A stretch of 37,889 nucleotides of DNA from Gaiellaceae bacterium (GTDB lineage: Bacteria; Actinomycetota; Thermoleophilia; Gaiellales; Gaiellaceae): contig JBOGZW010000001.1 of the NCBI GenBank assembly GCA_050697575.1, forward strand, positions 1-37,889. Direction: 5' to 3'. Both the position numbers and the translations under genes were made by a program. Every line of letters starts with the position of its first letter. The first letter of the stretch is position 1. The notes beneath the pieces are model-generated. The model had not been told where the DNA came from. It worked only from the letters and a program-made list of their open reading frames with translations, and did not search any database. Shown piece after piece: positions 8,462 to 16,384 of the stretch.

Positions 8462-8847
8462 GAGGGCAGTATCGCCACAGCTTCCACCTCGATCTTCGCA
8501 CCGGGCACGGCGAGTCGGCTGATCTCGACGAGCGTGGATGCGGGCCGCGCGTCGCCGAAGAACGCCTGACGGACCGGGTTGATCCGGCTTCGATCGTCGA
8601 CATCGGTGAGAAAGACCGTCACCTTCACGACGTCCGCCGGAGCTGCACCGGCGGCCGCCAGCACGCGCCGGAGGCTCTCGAAGACCGCCGTCGCCTGCGC
8701 GACGACGTCCTCGCCGCCCACCAGCCGGCCCTCCACGTCGACCGGCACGATCCCCGACACGAACAGAAGCTCGCCGGCACGCACGGCATCCGTGTAGTGG
8801 CTGAGCGGCTCGGGCAGCCCATCGACGCGGTACTCCTCGCGGGTCAC
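8458..8847 (-). CDS. RidA/YjgF/UK114 family enamine-imine deaminase-like protein
   Basis: Last 129 codons of ORF 8458..10362. GTG 8847 overlaps the ThDP-enzyme stop (GTGA). VTREEYRVDGLPEPLSHYTDAVRAGELLFVSG...VKVTVFLTD...PASTLVEISRLAVPGAKIEVEAVA is typical of RidA. Confidence 0.85.
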   Translation of the reverse strand: MTREEYRVDGLPEPLSHYTDAVRAGELLFVSGIVPVDVEGRLVGGEDVVAQATAVFESLRRVLAAAGAAPADVVKVTVFLTDVDDRSRINPVRQAFFGDARPASTLVEISRLAVPGAKIEVEAVAILPS

Positions 8848-10493
8848 GCGGCCCCCTCGCGTAGCTCGGAGATCGTCCACCGTGGGCTGATCGCCTCGGG
8901 ATCGACCCGGAGCGCCAGCACCGCCGGCCGCCCGGACTCGAACGCCCGCTCGAAGGCAGCCTCGACGTCCTCCGTGCGCTCGACTGTCTCCGCGAAGCAC
9001 CCGAACGACTGAGCGAAGGCGGCGAAGTCGGGATTGGCAAGGTCCGTGCCGGACACCCGGCCGGGAAAGAGGCGCTCCTGGTGCATGCGAATCGTCCCGT
9101 ACATGCCGTTGTCGACGACGAGCACGATAACGGGCAGATCGAACTGGATCGCTGTAGCGAGCTCGGACGACGCCATCATGAAGTCCCCGTCGCCGGCGAG
9201 GCAGACGACCATCCGGTCCCGGAGCAGGGCCTTCGCCGCGAGCGCGGCCGGAATGCCGTAGCCCATCGCGCCTGAGCGCGGTGCGAGCTGCGTGTGGTAC
9301 TGCGAGAACTCGTAGAAGCGGTGCGCCCAGACGGTGAAGTTCCCGGCGCCGCACGTGAAGACCGCGTCGCCGGGAAGGCGCCGGCGTAGAAACGCCACAA
9401 CCTCCGCGAGGTCGAGCTCGCCAGGCAACGGCCGCGGTTCGAGGTTGCGGAGATAGTCGGCGCGCGCCGCCTGCGCCCATTCGCTCCAGCGCGGAGCTTC
9501 CAACGGCAACAGCCGGCGCAGGCCGGCCGCGAACTCCGTCAGATCGGACACGATCGGCAGATCCGTCTCGTACACGCGGCCGAGCTCTCCGGGATCGGGG
9601 TGGACGTGCACGAGGGTCTGCCGAGGCCGCGGCACGTCGAGCAGCGTGTAGCCGCGGGTGGTCACGTCGCCCAGCCGTCCGCCGACGGCGACGACGAGAT
9701 CGGCGTCCTCCACCCGGCGGGCAAGAGCCGGGTCCATGCCGATCGTCAGGTGGCCGACGTAGGCATTCGAGGTGTTGTCCACGTAGTCCTGGCAGCGAAA
9801 CGATGCCGCGACGGGGATCACATTCGCCTCGCAGAAGAAGACGACATCCGCGCCGGCCTTGGCCGACCAGCCGCCCTCGCCGACGACGACGAGCGGCCGC
9901 TCGGCTCCCGCCAGAAGCTCTCCCAGCCGCCGCAGCTCCTCCTCCCCGGGCCCCGGTCGCGGGATCTCGGTCGCGGCGGCGTCCTCGGCGTCCGTCTCCT
10001 CGTCGAGGACGTCCTCGGGCAACGCGAGCACGATTGGCCCAGGGCGCCCCGAGGTGGCGACGGCAAACGCCCTGGCTACGTGCTCGGGGATCCGCGACGC
10101 GTCGTCGACCTGAGCCGCCCACTTCACTATCGAGCCGAACACCGCCGGGTAGTCGAGCTCCTGGAACGCCTCGCGGTCGACGTGGCCGCGAGGGACCTGA
10201 CCTACGAAGAGGATCATCGGCGTCGAGTCCTGGTCTGCCGTGTGCACTGCTACGGACGCGTGCGTGGCACCGGGCCCGCGTGTGACGAAGCAGATCCCCG
10301 GGCGACCGGTGAGCTTGCCGTACGTCTCCGCCATGTTCGCGGCGGCAGCTTCGTGGCGGCACGAGATGAGGCGGATCGGCGAGTCGTGGAGCGCGTCGAG
10401 CACCGGCAGGTAACTCTCGCCCGGCACGCAGAACGCGAGCTCGACACCGTGCAGCTCCAGCTGGTCGACGAGCGCTCTGCCGCCGCTTCTCAT
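8844..10493 (-). CDS. Thiamine-diphosphate-dependent enzyme (acetolactate synthase large subunit / 2-hydroxyacyl-CoA lyase-like family)
   Basis: Within ORF 8844..10682. ATG 10493 (MRSGGRALVDQLELHGVELAFCVPGESYL...) overlaps the upstream stop (ATGA). ThDP motif GDGDFMMASSELATAIQFDLPVIVLVVDNGMYG. 549 aa. Confidence 0.9.
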   Translation of the reverse strand: MRSGGRALVDQLELHGVELAFCVPGESYLPVLDALHDSPIRLISCRHEAAAANMAETYGKLTGRPGICFVTRGPGATHASVAVHTADQDSTPMILFVGQVPRGHVDREAFQELDYPAVFGSIVKWAAQVDDASRIPEHVARAFAVATSGRPGPIVLALPEDVLDEETDAEDAAATEIPRPGPGEEELRRLGELLAGAERPLVVVGEGGWSAKAGADVVFFCEANVIPVAASFRCQDYVDNTSNAYVGHLTIGMDPALARRVEDADLVVAVGGRLGDVTTRGYTLLDVPRPRQTLVHVHPDPGELGRVYETDLPIVSDLTEFAAGLRRLLPLEAPRWSEWAQAARADYLRNLEPRPLPGELDLAEVVAFLRRRLPGDAVFTCGAGNFTVWAHRFYEFSQYHTQLAPRSGAMGYGIPAALAAKALLRDRMVVCLAGDGDFMMASSELATAIQFDLPVIVLVVDNGMYGTIRMHQERLFPGRVSGTDLANPDFAAFAQSFGCFAETVERTEDVEAAFERAFESGRPAVLALRVDPEAISPRWTISELREGAA

Positions 10494-10990
10494 CGCTCCA
10501 ACGGGTGCTCGAGGAGGATGGTCGCCCGCTGGAGCTTCGGCTTCTCCTCGTCGGCCGGATCGAGGTAGCGGATCGTACGCCTGCCCGCCCATTCGGCTGG
10601 CAAGAGCATCACCCGCACGAAGGCTGTGTTCTCGGAGGCGGAAGCCGTGGCCAGCACCGGGTGCTCGGCGCCCTCGAGCCACGATGCGCCGGCGCGGTAG
10701 GTGTGTTCCCCATCAGGCGAGTCGATCGTCAGCTCCCCGTGGAGGAGCCGGCGGATGCCAGGGCCTGGATGGACGTGTCGGTATGCAACGCCGCCCGGTG
10801 GGAAGTCGACGCGGTCGCAGCGCAGGATCCACTCCCCCGGGCCGGGATCCCCCGTCAGCTCCCAGACGAGCGCAGGACCGGCGACGCGGGCGGCGCCGTA
10901 GTACGCCTCGTTGCGCCCGAGGTCGTAGACGATGCGGTTGCCCGCGTCGGTCTCGACCCCCGTCGGGTGCTCCGTCAGGACGAGGGTCAA
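10490..10990 (-). CDS. Cupin-domain protein of unknown function
   Basis: Frame of ORF 10490..11056. I propose TTG at 10990, which overlaps the SDR stop (TTGA), giving LTLVLTEHPTG... Cupin-like core VAYRHVHPGPGIRRLLHGELTI...HTYRAGASW. 166 aa. The start is uncertain. Confidence 0.6.
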   Translation of the reverse strand: MTLVLTEHPTGVETDAGNRIVYDLGRNEAYYGAARVAGPALVWELTGDPGPGEWILRCDRVDFPPGGVAYRHVHPGPGIRRLLHGELTIDSPDGEHTYRAGASWLEGAEHPVLATASASENTAFVRVMLLPAEWAGRRTIRYLDPADEEKPKLQRATILLEHPLER

Positions 10991-11706
10991 TGAAAGTATT
11001 GGCCCCCGTCGATGACGATCGTCTGGCCGGTGATGAAGTCGGCGGCGGGCGTGCACAGGAAGACGACCGCGCCGGCCACGTCCTCGGGCACCTGATCGCG
11101 CTTGATCGTGCGGGCAGCAATGGACACGTCACGAAGCTTCTCCACGACCTCGGGGTGCGCCTTGACGCCCTCGGACATGGTGAATCCGGGTGCGACGCAG
11201 TTGACGTGGATTGCGTCCTTTCCCAGCTCCTTCGCCAGCGCGCGGGTGAAGGCGACGATCGCGCCCTTGCTCGTCACGTAGTGGAGCAGGAACGGCACAC
11301 CGCGGAACGGCGTGCCCGAGGAGATGTTGACGATCTTCCCGCCGCCCTGCTCGCGCATCACGGGCACGACCGCGCGGCAGGTGAGGAACATCGACGCGAC
11401 GTTCACGTCCATCACCTGGCGCCACTCGTCGAGGGGAATCTCCTCGAACGAGCGCATTGCAAGAGACGCGTAGAGGCCGGCGTTGTTGACGAGCACGTCG
11501 ATCCTGCCGTGCCGGCCGTGCACTTCCTTGACCATGTCAGCCACGTCCGCTTCGGATGAGACGTCGCAGCGGATCCCGCCGTCGGGCGGCGCCAGGTCGG
11601 CGACGACGACCGTGGCTCCAGCCGCCGCCATCCCGTCCGCGATCGCGGCGCCGATCCCTCGCGCGCCGCCGGTGACGATCGCCACCTTGCCGTCCAGCGC
11701 GCTCAC
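10987..11706 (-). CDS. Short-chain dehydrogenase/reductase (FabG-like)
   Basis: GTG start overlaps the NIPSNAP stop. TGGARGIGAAIA, NNAG, catalytic S...YxxxK (YVTSKGA), PGFT. 239 aa. Confidence 0.92.
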   Translation of the reverse strand: MSALDGKVAIVTGGARGIGAAIADGMAAAGATVVVADLAPPDGGIRCDVSSEADVADMVKEVHGRHGRIDVLVNNAGLYASLAMRSFEEIPLDEWRQVMDVNVASMFLTCRAVVPVMREQGGGKIVNISSGTPFRGVPFLLHYVTSKGAIVAFTRALAKELGKDAIHVNCVAPGFTMSEGVKAHPEVVEKLRDVSIAARTIKRDQVPEDVAGAVVFLCTPAADFITGQTIVIDGGQYFH

Positions 11707-12017
11707 TGCAACGGAGAGAACGAGGTCGGGACGAGGATGCGGTTGTGCTGCGTGTGGATGAGCGGCTGGATCTTCGCGAGGAACGCGACCCAGCGCGGAT
11801 CGGCCTGCAGGCGGGCGCGCCGCTGCTCCCGCTCGGCGTACGAGTCGTAGCGCCAGAGCGACGTGTACGTGGAGAGCGCTCCGATGTCCGTCGTGAAGGC
11901 GCCTACGAAGCCGCCGAGATACTCCTCCTGGATCGCGATCCCCTCATCGTCGTATAGCCGCACGAGCTCCGGCAGCTTGCCGGTCGTCACGTGGTAGTCG
12001 CGCTGCTCGAGGATCAC
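11703..12017 (-). CDS. NIPSNAP-family protein (small alpha/beta dimeric barrel)
   Basis: 104 aa with GTG start. MILEQRDYHVTTGKLPELVRLYDDEGIAIQEEYLGGFVGAFTTDIGALSTYTSLWRYDSYAEREQRRARLQADPRW matches the NIPSNAP pattern. First gene of the coupled operon. Confidence 0.75.
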   Translation of the reverse strand: MILEQRDYHVTTGKLPELVRLYDDEGIAIQEEYLGGFVGAFTTDIGALSTYTSLWRYDSYAEREQRRARLQADPRWVAFLAKIQPLIHTQHNRILVPTSFSPLQ

Positions 12018-12056
12018 GCGCCAAGCCTATGCCCTGAAAGGTCGGTCTTGTTCGAC

Positions 12057-12062
12057 GATAAT
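12057..12062 (+). promoter_or_regulatory. Possible -10 hexamer GATAAT, 6 nt upstream of ATG 12069 (leaderless-type)
   Basis: Lies in the 51-nt AT-richer divergent spacer 12018..12068. No Shine-Dalgarno precedes the ATG. Motif-only call. Confidence 0.3.
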
Positions 12063-12068
12063 CGGGTC

Positions 12069-12422
12069 ATGGCCGAGCCGCGCTTCGTTCAGCTCGACGG
12101 GATCCGCGCGTTCGAACTCGCAGCCGGCGTGAAGGGACGGCCGCTGTTCGGGGAGGGAGCGATGCTCAACCTCATCGAGTTCGAGCCCGGCGCCACCGTG
12201 CCGCTGCACAGCCATCCCCACGAGCAGCTCGGGCTCGTCCTGCGCGGGATGCAGGCGCTCGTGATCGACGACGAGCCGCACGAGATGGGGCCGATGGAGG
12301 GCTACGTGATCCCCGGCGGCATCGAGCACTCGGCCTATTGCGGCGCCGACGGCGCTCTTGTCCTCGACGTCTTCCAGCCGGTCCGCGAAGACTACCGCGA
12401 GCGCTGGCACGCCGAGGGCTAG
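12069..12422 (+). CDS. Cupin-domain protein (small, single domain)
   Basis: ATG 12069 within ORF 11991..12422 (MAEPRFVQLDG...). Cupin metal motif HSHPHEQLGLVLRG...IPGGIEHS. 117 aa. Confidence 0.75.
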   Translation: MAEPRFVQLDGIRAFELAAGVKGRPLFGEGAMLNLIEFEPGATVPLHSHPHEQLGLVLRGMQALVIDDEPHEMGPMEGYVIPGGIEHSAYCGADGALVLDVFQPVREDYRERWHAEG

Positions 12423-12796
12423 CCGCTCAGAGCTGCTCGCTCGCGATCGGTTAGCGGCGTCGGCCGGCCGTCACCGCCTACGCGGACGACGACCAGGCGT
12501 CCGTCGACGCACAGCTCGCCGTCGCGCGTGATCTCGAAGCGCCACGTGATGGACGTCGTGCCGACACGCTCGGGCGTGATGCGCACGTCGATCTCGTCCT
12601 CGAAGCGGAGCACCTGGTGGAACTCCGCTTCCGCACGCTTGCGCGGATAGTCGACCCAGCCTTCGAGAAGTCCGAGCCGGCGGCGAAGCCCCGTCTCCGC
12701 CTGCTCGGCCCAGCGGAACACGTTCGAGAAGTGGATGCGACCGCCGGCGTCGGTGTCCACCCACGTCACGCGGAGGCGTTCGACGTGGTCGATCAC
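12419..12796 (-). CDS. Hotdog-fold acyl-CoA thioesterase (4-hydroxybenzoyl-CoA thioesterase/YbgC family)
   Basis: 125 aa. GTG overlaps the upstream stop. RVTWVDTDAGGRIHFSNVFRW carries the family's catalytic Asp motif. Confidence 0.8.
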   Translation of the reverse strand: MIDHVERLRVTWVDTDAGGRIHFSNVFRWAEQAETGLRRRLGLLEGWVDYPRKRAEAEFHQVLRFEDEIDVRITPERVGTTSITWRFEITRDGELCVDGRLVVVRVGGDGRPTPLTDRERAALSG

Positions 12797-13683
12797 AGCT
12801 CGAGGAGGGCCGGCGCGAGCTCGCGCAGCTGCTCGAGCTGGAAGTCCGCGGCCGGCAGCGGCTGGATGCAGACGTGGTCCGCGCCGGCAGTCAGGTGCTC
12901 GCCGACGCGAGTGCAGATCGCTTCGACGTCGCCCCAGGCGACGAGCGCGTCGAGCACGCGGTCGGAGCCGCTTCCGGCGAGATCCTCGTCCTCGAAGCCG
13001 AAGCGGCGCAGGTTGTTCGTGTAGTTCTCTAGCGCCAGATACGTGTCGAGGTAGCCCTGCGCCGCCTCGCGCGCAAGCGCTCGGTCGGACGCAATGACAA
13101 CGGCGACTTCCGGCGCCAGCAACCGGTCCGGGCCGAGCCGCTTCCGCGCGAAGGCCGTGTGCTCGACGGGCACGAAGTACGGGTGCGCTCCGTCGGTGCG
13201 CTCCGCCGCGAGCTTCAGCATCAGCGGCCCGAGCGCCGCGAGCAACGTCGGAACGGGCTCAGGCTCGGGCGGCCGGTAGGCCGCTCCCTCCATCGCGTCG
13301 AGGTACGCGCGCATCGTCGGGACGGGACGCCCGTAGTCGTGACCCCTGGCGCCGACGGAGGGTGCATGGCTGACGCCGAGGCCGAGCACGAAGCGGCCGG
13401 GATGCGCGTCGGCGAGAGTTCGGGCGCCGTTCCGTGTCGCCATCGGATCGCGGGCGTAGACGCTGAGGATGCCGGTGCACGCGACGAGGTTGCTGCTCTC
13501 GGAGAGGATGAAGGCCGCCGTCGTCAGCGACTCCCGACCGCCCACGCTCTCCGGGAACCAGAGGGCGCGAAAGCCGAGCTCTTCGACGGCGGCGATTCCG
13601 GCACGGACAATCTCGACAGGACTGAACACGGGCGCGTTGCACCAGAGGCCGACACGGCCCACTCGTGCGGCAAGCTCGCTCAC
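12793..13683 (-). CDS. Luciferase-like monooxygenase family, probable F420-dependent oxidoreductase
   Basis: 296 aa. LWFPESVGGRESL..., GRFVLGLGVSH, AAERTDGAHPY and the C-terminal ...VAWGDVEAICTRVGEHLTAGADHVCIQP are typical of the LLM F420 class. GTGA overlap with the ADH stop. Confidence 0.82.
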   Translation of the reverse strand: MSELAARVGRVGLWCNAPVFSPVEIVRAGIAAVEELGFRALWFPESVGGRESLTTAAFILSESSNLVACTGILSVYARDPMATRNGARTLADAHPGRFVLGLGVSHAPSVGARGHDYGRPVPTMRAYLDAMEGAAYRPPEPEPVPTLLAALGPLMLKLAAERTDGAHPYFVPVEHTAFARKRLGPDRLLAPEVAVVIASDRALAREAAQGYLDTYLALENYTNNLRRFGFEDEDLAGSGSDRVLDALVAWGDVEAICTRVGEHLTAGADHVCIQPLPAADFQLEQLRELAPALLEL

Positions 13684-14774
13684 GGCACGACGAGCACGCG
13701 GCCAGGGACGCCGGCCAGCGCAGCCTCGACGGCGTCGTTCGCATCGTCGAGCGAGAACCTCGGGCCGAGCTGCGTTCCCAGCTCGAGGGCACCCGAACGG
13801 ACGTGGCCGAGCAGAATGGGTAGTGCGACAGCAGGGTCCTCCGAGCCGTAGATCGTCCCGGTCAGCGCCTTCTCGCGGCGGATGAACTCCGTGGGATCGA
13901 GCTCGAGCTTCGCGCCCAGTGCGGGCAGGCCGACGATGACAGTGAGCCCGCCGTTTCGAGTCCAGCGAAATGCCGTCTTCGTCGTGGCCGGATCGCCGAC
14001 CGCGTCGAAGGCGTAGTCGACGCCGTCAGGGAGGCTCTCCTTCATGAGCGACGCGAGCCCGTCCGGCTGGACTACCCGCGTGGCTCCAAGCCGCTCCGCG
14101 AGCTCGAGCCGCTCTTCGAGCGGATCGACGCAGACGATCTCGATGGCACCCGCAATCCGTGCTCCTTGAACGATGAACTGCCCTACGCCCCCCGATCCAA
14201 CGACGAGCACCGTCGAGCCCTGCTCGACGCCTGCCGCGAACAGCACCGCCCCGACGCCCGTCAATGCGGCGCAGCCGAGCAGGGCGGCTTCCTCCAGCGG
14301 CACGCCGCCACCGAGTGGCAGCGCCACCTGCTCGGAGACGACGAGTCGCTCCGACAGGGCGCCCGTCGCCGTCCCGCGATAGAGCGTCTCGCCGTCGAGC
14401 CGCATGCCGGTCTCGCCGTCCAGCAGCGTCCCACCGGCGATCGCGTACTGCAAGGACATGCACGCCGCCGGCCGGCCGCGCCGGCAGTCAGGGCACTCGC
14501 GGCAGGACGGAGCCCACGAGAGCACGACCTCGTCGCCGGGCGTGAGCCCTTCGACACCCTCGCCGACCGCCTCCACCACGCCGGCCCCTTCGTGGCCGAG
14601 CACCATCGGCGTCGGCCGCTGCCACTCGCCCTTGACGACGTGCAGGTCGGTGCCGCAGATGCCGACCGCGGCCATGCGGACAAGCACCTCGCCGGGCCGC
14701 GGCTCGTCCAGCTCGATCTCGCGGACCTCGAGCGGCCGTCCCTGCTCCCAGAAGACGGCCGCCCGCGTGTTCAC
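13680..14774 (-). CDS. Zinc-dependent medium-chain alcohol dehydrogenase
   Basis: Within ORF 13680..15101. GTG 14774 (VNTRAAVFWEQG...) overlaps the upstream stop. GICGTDLH, GHEGAGVVEAVG, structural-Zn cysteines SCRECPDCRRGRPAAC, VVGSGGVGQ. 364 aa. Confidence 0.9.
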   Translation of the reverse strand: MNTRAAVFWEQGRPLEVREIELDEPRPGEVLVRMAAVGICGTDLHVVKGEWQRPTPMVLGHEGAGVVEAVGEGVEGLTPGDEVVLSWAPSCRECPDCRRGRPAACMSLQYAIAGGTLLDGETGMRLDGETLYRGTATGALSERLVVSEQVALPLGGGVPLEEAALLGCAALTGVGAVLFAAGVEQGSTVLVVGSGGVGQFIVQGARIAGAIEIVCVDPLEERLELAERLGATRVVQPDGLASLMKESLPDGVDYAFDAVGDPATTKTAFRWTRNGGLTVIVGLPALGAKLELDPTEFIRREKALTGTIYGSEDPAVALPILLGHVRSGALELGTQLGPRFSLDDANDAVEAALAGVPGRVLVVP

Positions 14775-15391
14775 GCGTCGAGCGCTTCCGCCACCTCGCC
14801 GCAGTTGGTGACCGTGGCGACGTTCTGGAGGGCGTAGTTGATCGAGGCGTTGTGCCAGTCGGCGTTCATGGTCGAGCAACCGTCCTCGGGCACGACCATG
14901 TAGTAGCCCTTGTCGGCGCCCGTCCGCGACGTGTGCTCGATGGACATGTTCGTCCAGGCGCCGGTGACGATGACCGTGTCGCGTCCCAGCTCCTCGAGCA
15001 GGCTCTCGAGGTTCGTTTCGTGCCAGGCGCTCATGCGCATCTTCTCCACCACATGATCGCCGTCCTGCGGCTCGAGTCCCTCGGCCGCCGCCGCGCCCCA
15101 CGAGCCGCGCACGAGCGCGTCCGTCTCCTTCACGCCCTCGAACAGCGGCGCGTTCAGCTTCAGTCCGGGACAGCCCTTCTCGACGATGTAGTGCACGTGG
15201 ATGACCGGGACGCCCTTCTCCCGCGCCTTCGCCGCAAGTGCCTTCACGTTCTCGACGACGTTCTGCTCCTTCGCGTGCTCCGGCGAGCCCGAGTCCGCAA
15301 AGGCACCGCCTTCGATGATGACGTCGTTCTGCAGGTCCTGGACGATCAGGACACAGCGGCTCGCGTCGAGCTTCAGCGGTTCGTCAGCCAT
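14771..15391 (-). CDS. Isochorismatase-like hydrolase family protein (Ser at the usual nucleophile Cys position)
   Basis: 206 aa with ATG start. It is preceded by TAAGGAGGAGAG, i.e. the lactonase stop followed directly by a strong SD. Family Asp (IVQDLQND), Lys (VEKMRMSAW), and TNMSIEHT where cysteine hydrolases have TDxCVxxT. Confidence 0.82.
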   Translation of the reverse strand: MADEPLKLDASRCVLIVQDLQNDVIIEGGAFADSGSPEHAKEQNVVENVKALAAKAREKGVPVIHVHYIVEKGCPGLKLNAPLFEGVKETDALVRGSWGAAAAEGLEPQDGDHVVEKMRMSAWHETNLESLLEELGRDTVIVTGAWTNMSIEHTSRTGADKGYYMVVPEDGCSTMNADWHNASINYALQNVATVTNCGEVAEALDA

Positions 15392-15400
15392 CTCTCCTCC
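15392..15400 (-). promoter_or_regulatory. Shine-Dalgarno (GGAGGAGAG) filling the whole 9-nt spacer between the lactonase stop and the isochorismatase-like start
   Basis: The reverse complement of 15389..15403 reads TAAGGAGGAGAGATG. Confidence 0.7.
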
Positions 15401-16312
15401 TTATCGCATGTAGGGCTCGCGACGCGGCCCAACGATCGTCCGAATCGAGTAGAGCGACGTCGAGCTCGGGATGAAGAGCGTGTGCCAGTCCTCGCCGCCC
15501 CACGCGAGGTTCCCGGTGTTCTCGGGGACGAGGATCGTCCCGAGATGCTCCCCGGCAGCCGAGAGCACCCAGATCCCGCCCGGTCCGGTCACCCAGATGT
15601 TCCCGCGCTCGTCGCACTTCATGCCGTCCGGGATGCCTTCCTCGATGACGCCGGAGCCGATGCCCTCGAAGAACATCCGGCCATTCGAGATGTTTCCGTC
15701 CGCATCCGCATCCCACACCTTGATGTGCGCGCGCGGCGTGTCGTTGATGTACAGCAGCGACTCGTCGGGCGAGAAACAGAGGCCGTTCGGCATCTCGAAC
15801 TCGTCACGGCCGACGACGAGCTCGAGGTCGCCGCCGCCCGGCGGGACGCGATAGACGCCCTGGAAGCCTAGCCGCCGCTTCCGTGGGAGGCCGAAGACAG
15901 GCATGCGGCCGTACCACGGGTCGGAGAAGTAGATGGCGCCGTTCGAGTGGACCATGACGTCGTTCGGCGAGTTGAGCTCGTCGCCCTCGAACTCCTGGGC
16001 GATGATCTCGCGCTCGCCGTCCGGGCTCTCGCGCACGAGACAGCTCGTGACGTGCTCGCAGACGAGAAGGTTGAGGTCGGCGTCGTACGTCATGCCGTTG
16101 CACCTGTTCGCGAAGTTCTTCACCTCGACGACGCCGCCGTCTGCACTCCATCTGCGGCGGACATCGCCGGGCATGTCGCTGAACAGCAGATGGTGCTCTG
16201 TCGGGTGCCAGATCGGGCCTTCGGTGAACGTGAAGCCCGTCGCCAGCTGCTCGACCTCGACGTTCGGATCGACGAGCTCGGTGAGTTTGTCGGACTTGAC
16301 GTCTACGGCCAC
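15401..16312 (-). CDS. SMP-30/gluconolactonase/LRE-family lactonase (six-bladed beta-propeller)
   Basis: Frame of ORF 15401..16369. I prefer GTG 16312 (VAVDVKSDKL...) because GGAAAGGAG lies 5 nt upstream. Motifs: TEGPIW, NRCNGMTYD, LNSPNDV, PNGLCFSPDE, PDGMKCDERGNIWV. 303 aa. Confidence 0.85.
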   Translation of the reverse strand: MAVDVKSDKLTELVDPNVEVEQLATGFTFTEGPIWHPTEHHLLFSDMPGDVRRRWSADGGVVEVKNFANRCNGMTYDADLNLLVCEHVTSCLVRESPDGEREIIAQEFEGDELNSPNDVMVHSNGAIYFSDPWYGRMPVFGLPRKRRLGFQGVYRVPPGGGDLELVVGRDEFEMPNGLCFSPDESLLYINDTPRAHIKVWDADADGNISNGRMFFEGIGSGVIEEGIPDGMKCDERGNIWVTGPGGIWVLSAAGEHLGTILVPENTGNLAWGGEDWHTLFIPSSTSLYSIRTIVGPRREPYMR

Positions 16313-16369
16313 ACCGGCTCCTTTCCGTATCAACCGTGAACGGCGCGAACCTAACAGAGAATCCGCCAC

Positions 16370-16375
16370 TAAGAT
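16370..16375 (+). promoter_or_regulatory. Possible -10 hexamer TAAGAT, 9 nt upstream of ATG 16385
   Basis: Lies in the 72-nt divergent spacer 16313..16384. Motif-only call. Confidence 0.2.
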
Positions 16376-16384
16376 CCTCGATCC

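Noticed and set aside
8462-9040. 193-codon N-terminal extension of the amidase ORF. Analogous extensions: RidA ORF up to 10362, ThDP ORF up to 10682, ADH ORF up to 15101, MsrB ORF up to 21261, dehydratase ORF up to 35114.
   Set aside because: The extensions overlap the upstream gene out of frame and are Arg-rich. In each case an internal ATG/GTG/TTG at a 4-nt stop overlap (or behind an SD) reproduces the normal family N-terminus.
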